This document shows, piece after piece, positions 35,208 to 36,160 of a DNA stretch of 36,160 nucleotides (its first letter is position 1; each line of letters opens with the position of its first letter). Origin of the DNA: Wenzhouxiangella sp. GTDB taxonomy: Bacteria > Pseudomonadota > Gammaproteobacteria > Xanthomonadales > Wenzhouxiangellaceae. The position numbers and the translations under genes are program-made. A model generated the notes under the pieces. It saw nothing but the letters and a program-made list of their open reading frames with translations. It had not been told where the DNA came from and ran no database searches. The DNA lies in the NCBI GenBank assembly GCA_007135355.1, contig SLJA01000070.1, forward strand, positions 1 to 36,160, in the 5' to 3' direction.

Positions 35208-36160
35208 TTACTCCTTGATGTTGTCGGCGACAAGTTCGACCAGGCTCTCGGCCGTCTTGTCCCAATTAAAGTGTTCGCCGGCATCATCGAACGCCACGCG
35301 GCAGTCCGAACAGCTGGTCAGGAAGCGCTTGGCACCGGTGTCGTCGACTTCGCGCAGCTTGATCTCCTGGGCCTTCAGGCGCAGGGGACGGGTCCGCTCG
35401 ATGTCGTTCAAGCCGCCGCCGCCGGCACAGCAGAAGCTGTAACCCTGGTGGTTGTACATTTCCTTCAGGTTGACGCCCAGCGCCTCCATCAGGGTACGCG
35501 GTGCATCCATGACACCACCCTTGCGCACCAGCTTGCAGGGATCGTGGAAAGCCGTCGGCGTGCCGTCGACCCGATTCAGCTTGAGCTTGCCGGCAGCAAC
35601 CTGTTCAGCCAGATATTCGGTCACGTGCCGGACCTTGAACGGCAGGGTTTCACCCATCAGCTCGGCCGCCTGCCAGCGCAGGGAATAGTATGCGTGACCG
35701 CATTCCGGCACCAGCACCATCGAGGCGCCGATCTTCTTGGCCTGATCGACCACACGCTTGGCGATGGCTTTCTGCAAACCGCTGCTGCCGGCGTAGTAGC
35801 CGTAGTTCTCGGCCACGATGGCATCAGAGCGGAAGGTGTAATCGGCACCCAGCTTGTTGAGAATCTTGGCCATGGCTACGACCGCAGAGGGATTGCGATT
35901 CAGGTCATTGCGCGGCGCGCAAACCATGATCGCCGCCTTGCTCTTGTCCAGCGGGATGTCAACCTCGTGCTTCTCGCCGATTTCCTTGAGCAATTCGGCA
36001 TACGGCTTTTCAACCGCTTCAGGCACGCCGGTCTCGGCTTGCAGGGCGGCACGTTCGGCCAGCTCCTTCGGCGCCAACCCGGCCTCGTACATGCCGCGGC
36101 GGCCGATCTCGATCAGCTCGGCAACTTCCAGGCCCATCGGGCAGATCAGACTGCAGCGAC
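35208..36160 (-). CDS. isp2: Isp2 (HdrD/DsrK-like Fe-S protein with CCG domains), 5' end truncated by the window
   Basis: The frame is open to the window edge (RCSLICPMG, the tail of a ferredoxin CxxCxxCxxxCP motif); VPECGH, HDPC, FCCAGGGG, TSCSDC; 3 nt from the hynL start. Confidence 0.85.
   Translation of the reverse strand, partial: RCSLICPMGLEVAELIEIGRRGMYEAGLAPKELAERAALQAETGVPEAVEKPYAELLKEIGEKHEVDIPLDKSKAAIMVCAPRNDLNRNPSAVVAMAKILNKLGADYTFRSDAIVAENYGYYAGSSGLQKAIAKRVVDQAKKIGASMVLVPECGHAYYSLRWQAAELMGETLPFKVRHVTEYLAEQVAAGKLKLNRVDGTPTAFHDPCKLVRKGGVMDAPRTLMEALGVNLKEMYNHQGYSFCCAGGGGLNDIERTRPLRLKAQEIKLREVDDTGAKRFLTSCSDCRVAFDDAGEHFNWDKTAESLVELVADNIKE

Overview
High-GC gammaproteobacterial chromosome segment in two parts. 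Left (1-15286) is core housekeeping: the N-terminus of aceE, priA, prc, the lipB-ybeD-dacA-rlpA-mltB-rodA-mrdA-mreDCB cell-wall/shape cluster on the minus strand, and a divergent PfkB nucleoside kinase. Right (15345-36160) is a ~21 kb anaerobic-respiration cluster with no visible mobility genes. It holds a cNMP-binding protein, a very small periplasmic tetraheme cytochrome c, a bile-acid:Na+ family symporter coupled to menA, an FNR-box and Moco-RNA-controlled moaA-C-D-E operon with a degenerate mobA and a CMD-family gene, a stand-alone FNR-controlled NapC/CymA-type tetraheme quinol dehydrogenase, chrA, a TPR protein, a Get3/ArsA-like (BagA/BagB-type) ATPase pair, a second MenA/UbiA prenyltransferase, a complete mtrC-mtrA-mtrB porin-cytochrome conduit, and the isp2-hynL end of an Isp-type (group 1e) [NiFe]-hydrogenase operon. 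Best candidate for an undescribed system (inference): a co-located circuit from H2 through (mena)quinone, a CymA-like protein and a small tetraheme to MtrABC. Its MtrC appears to lack both the lipobox and the redox disulfide, and it is separated from mtrAB by an intrinsic terminator. All assignments come from motif and family recognition by eye; no database searches were run.
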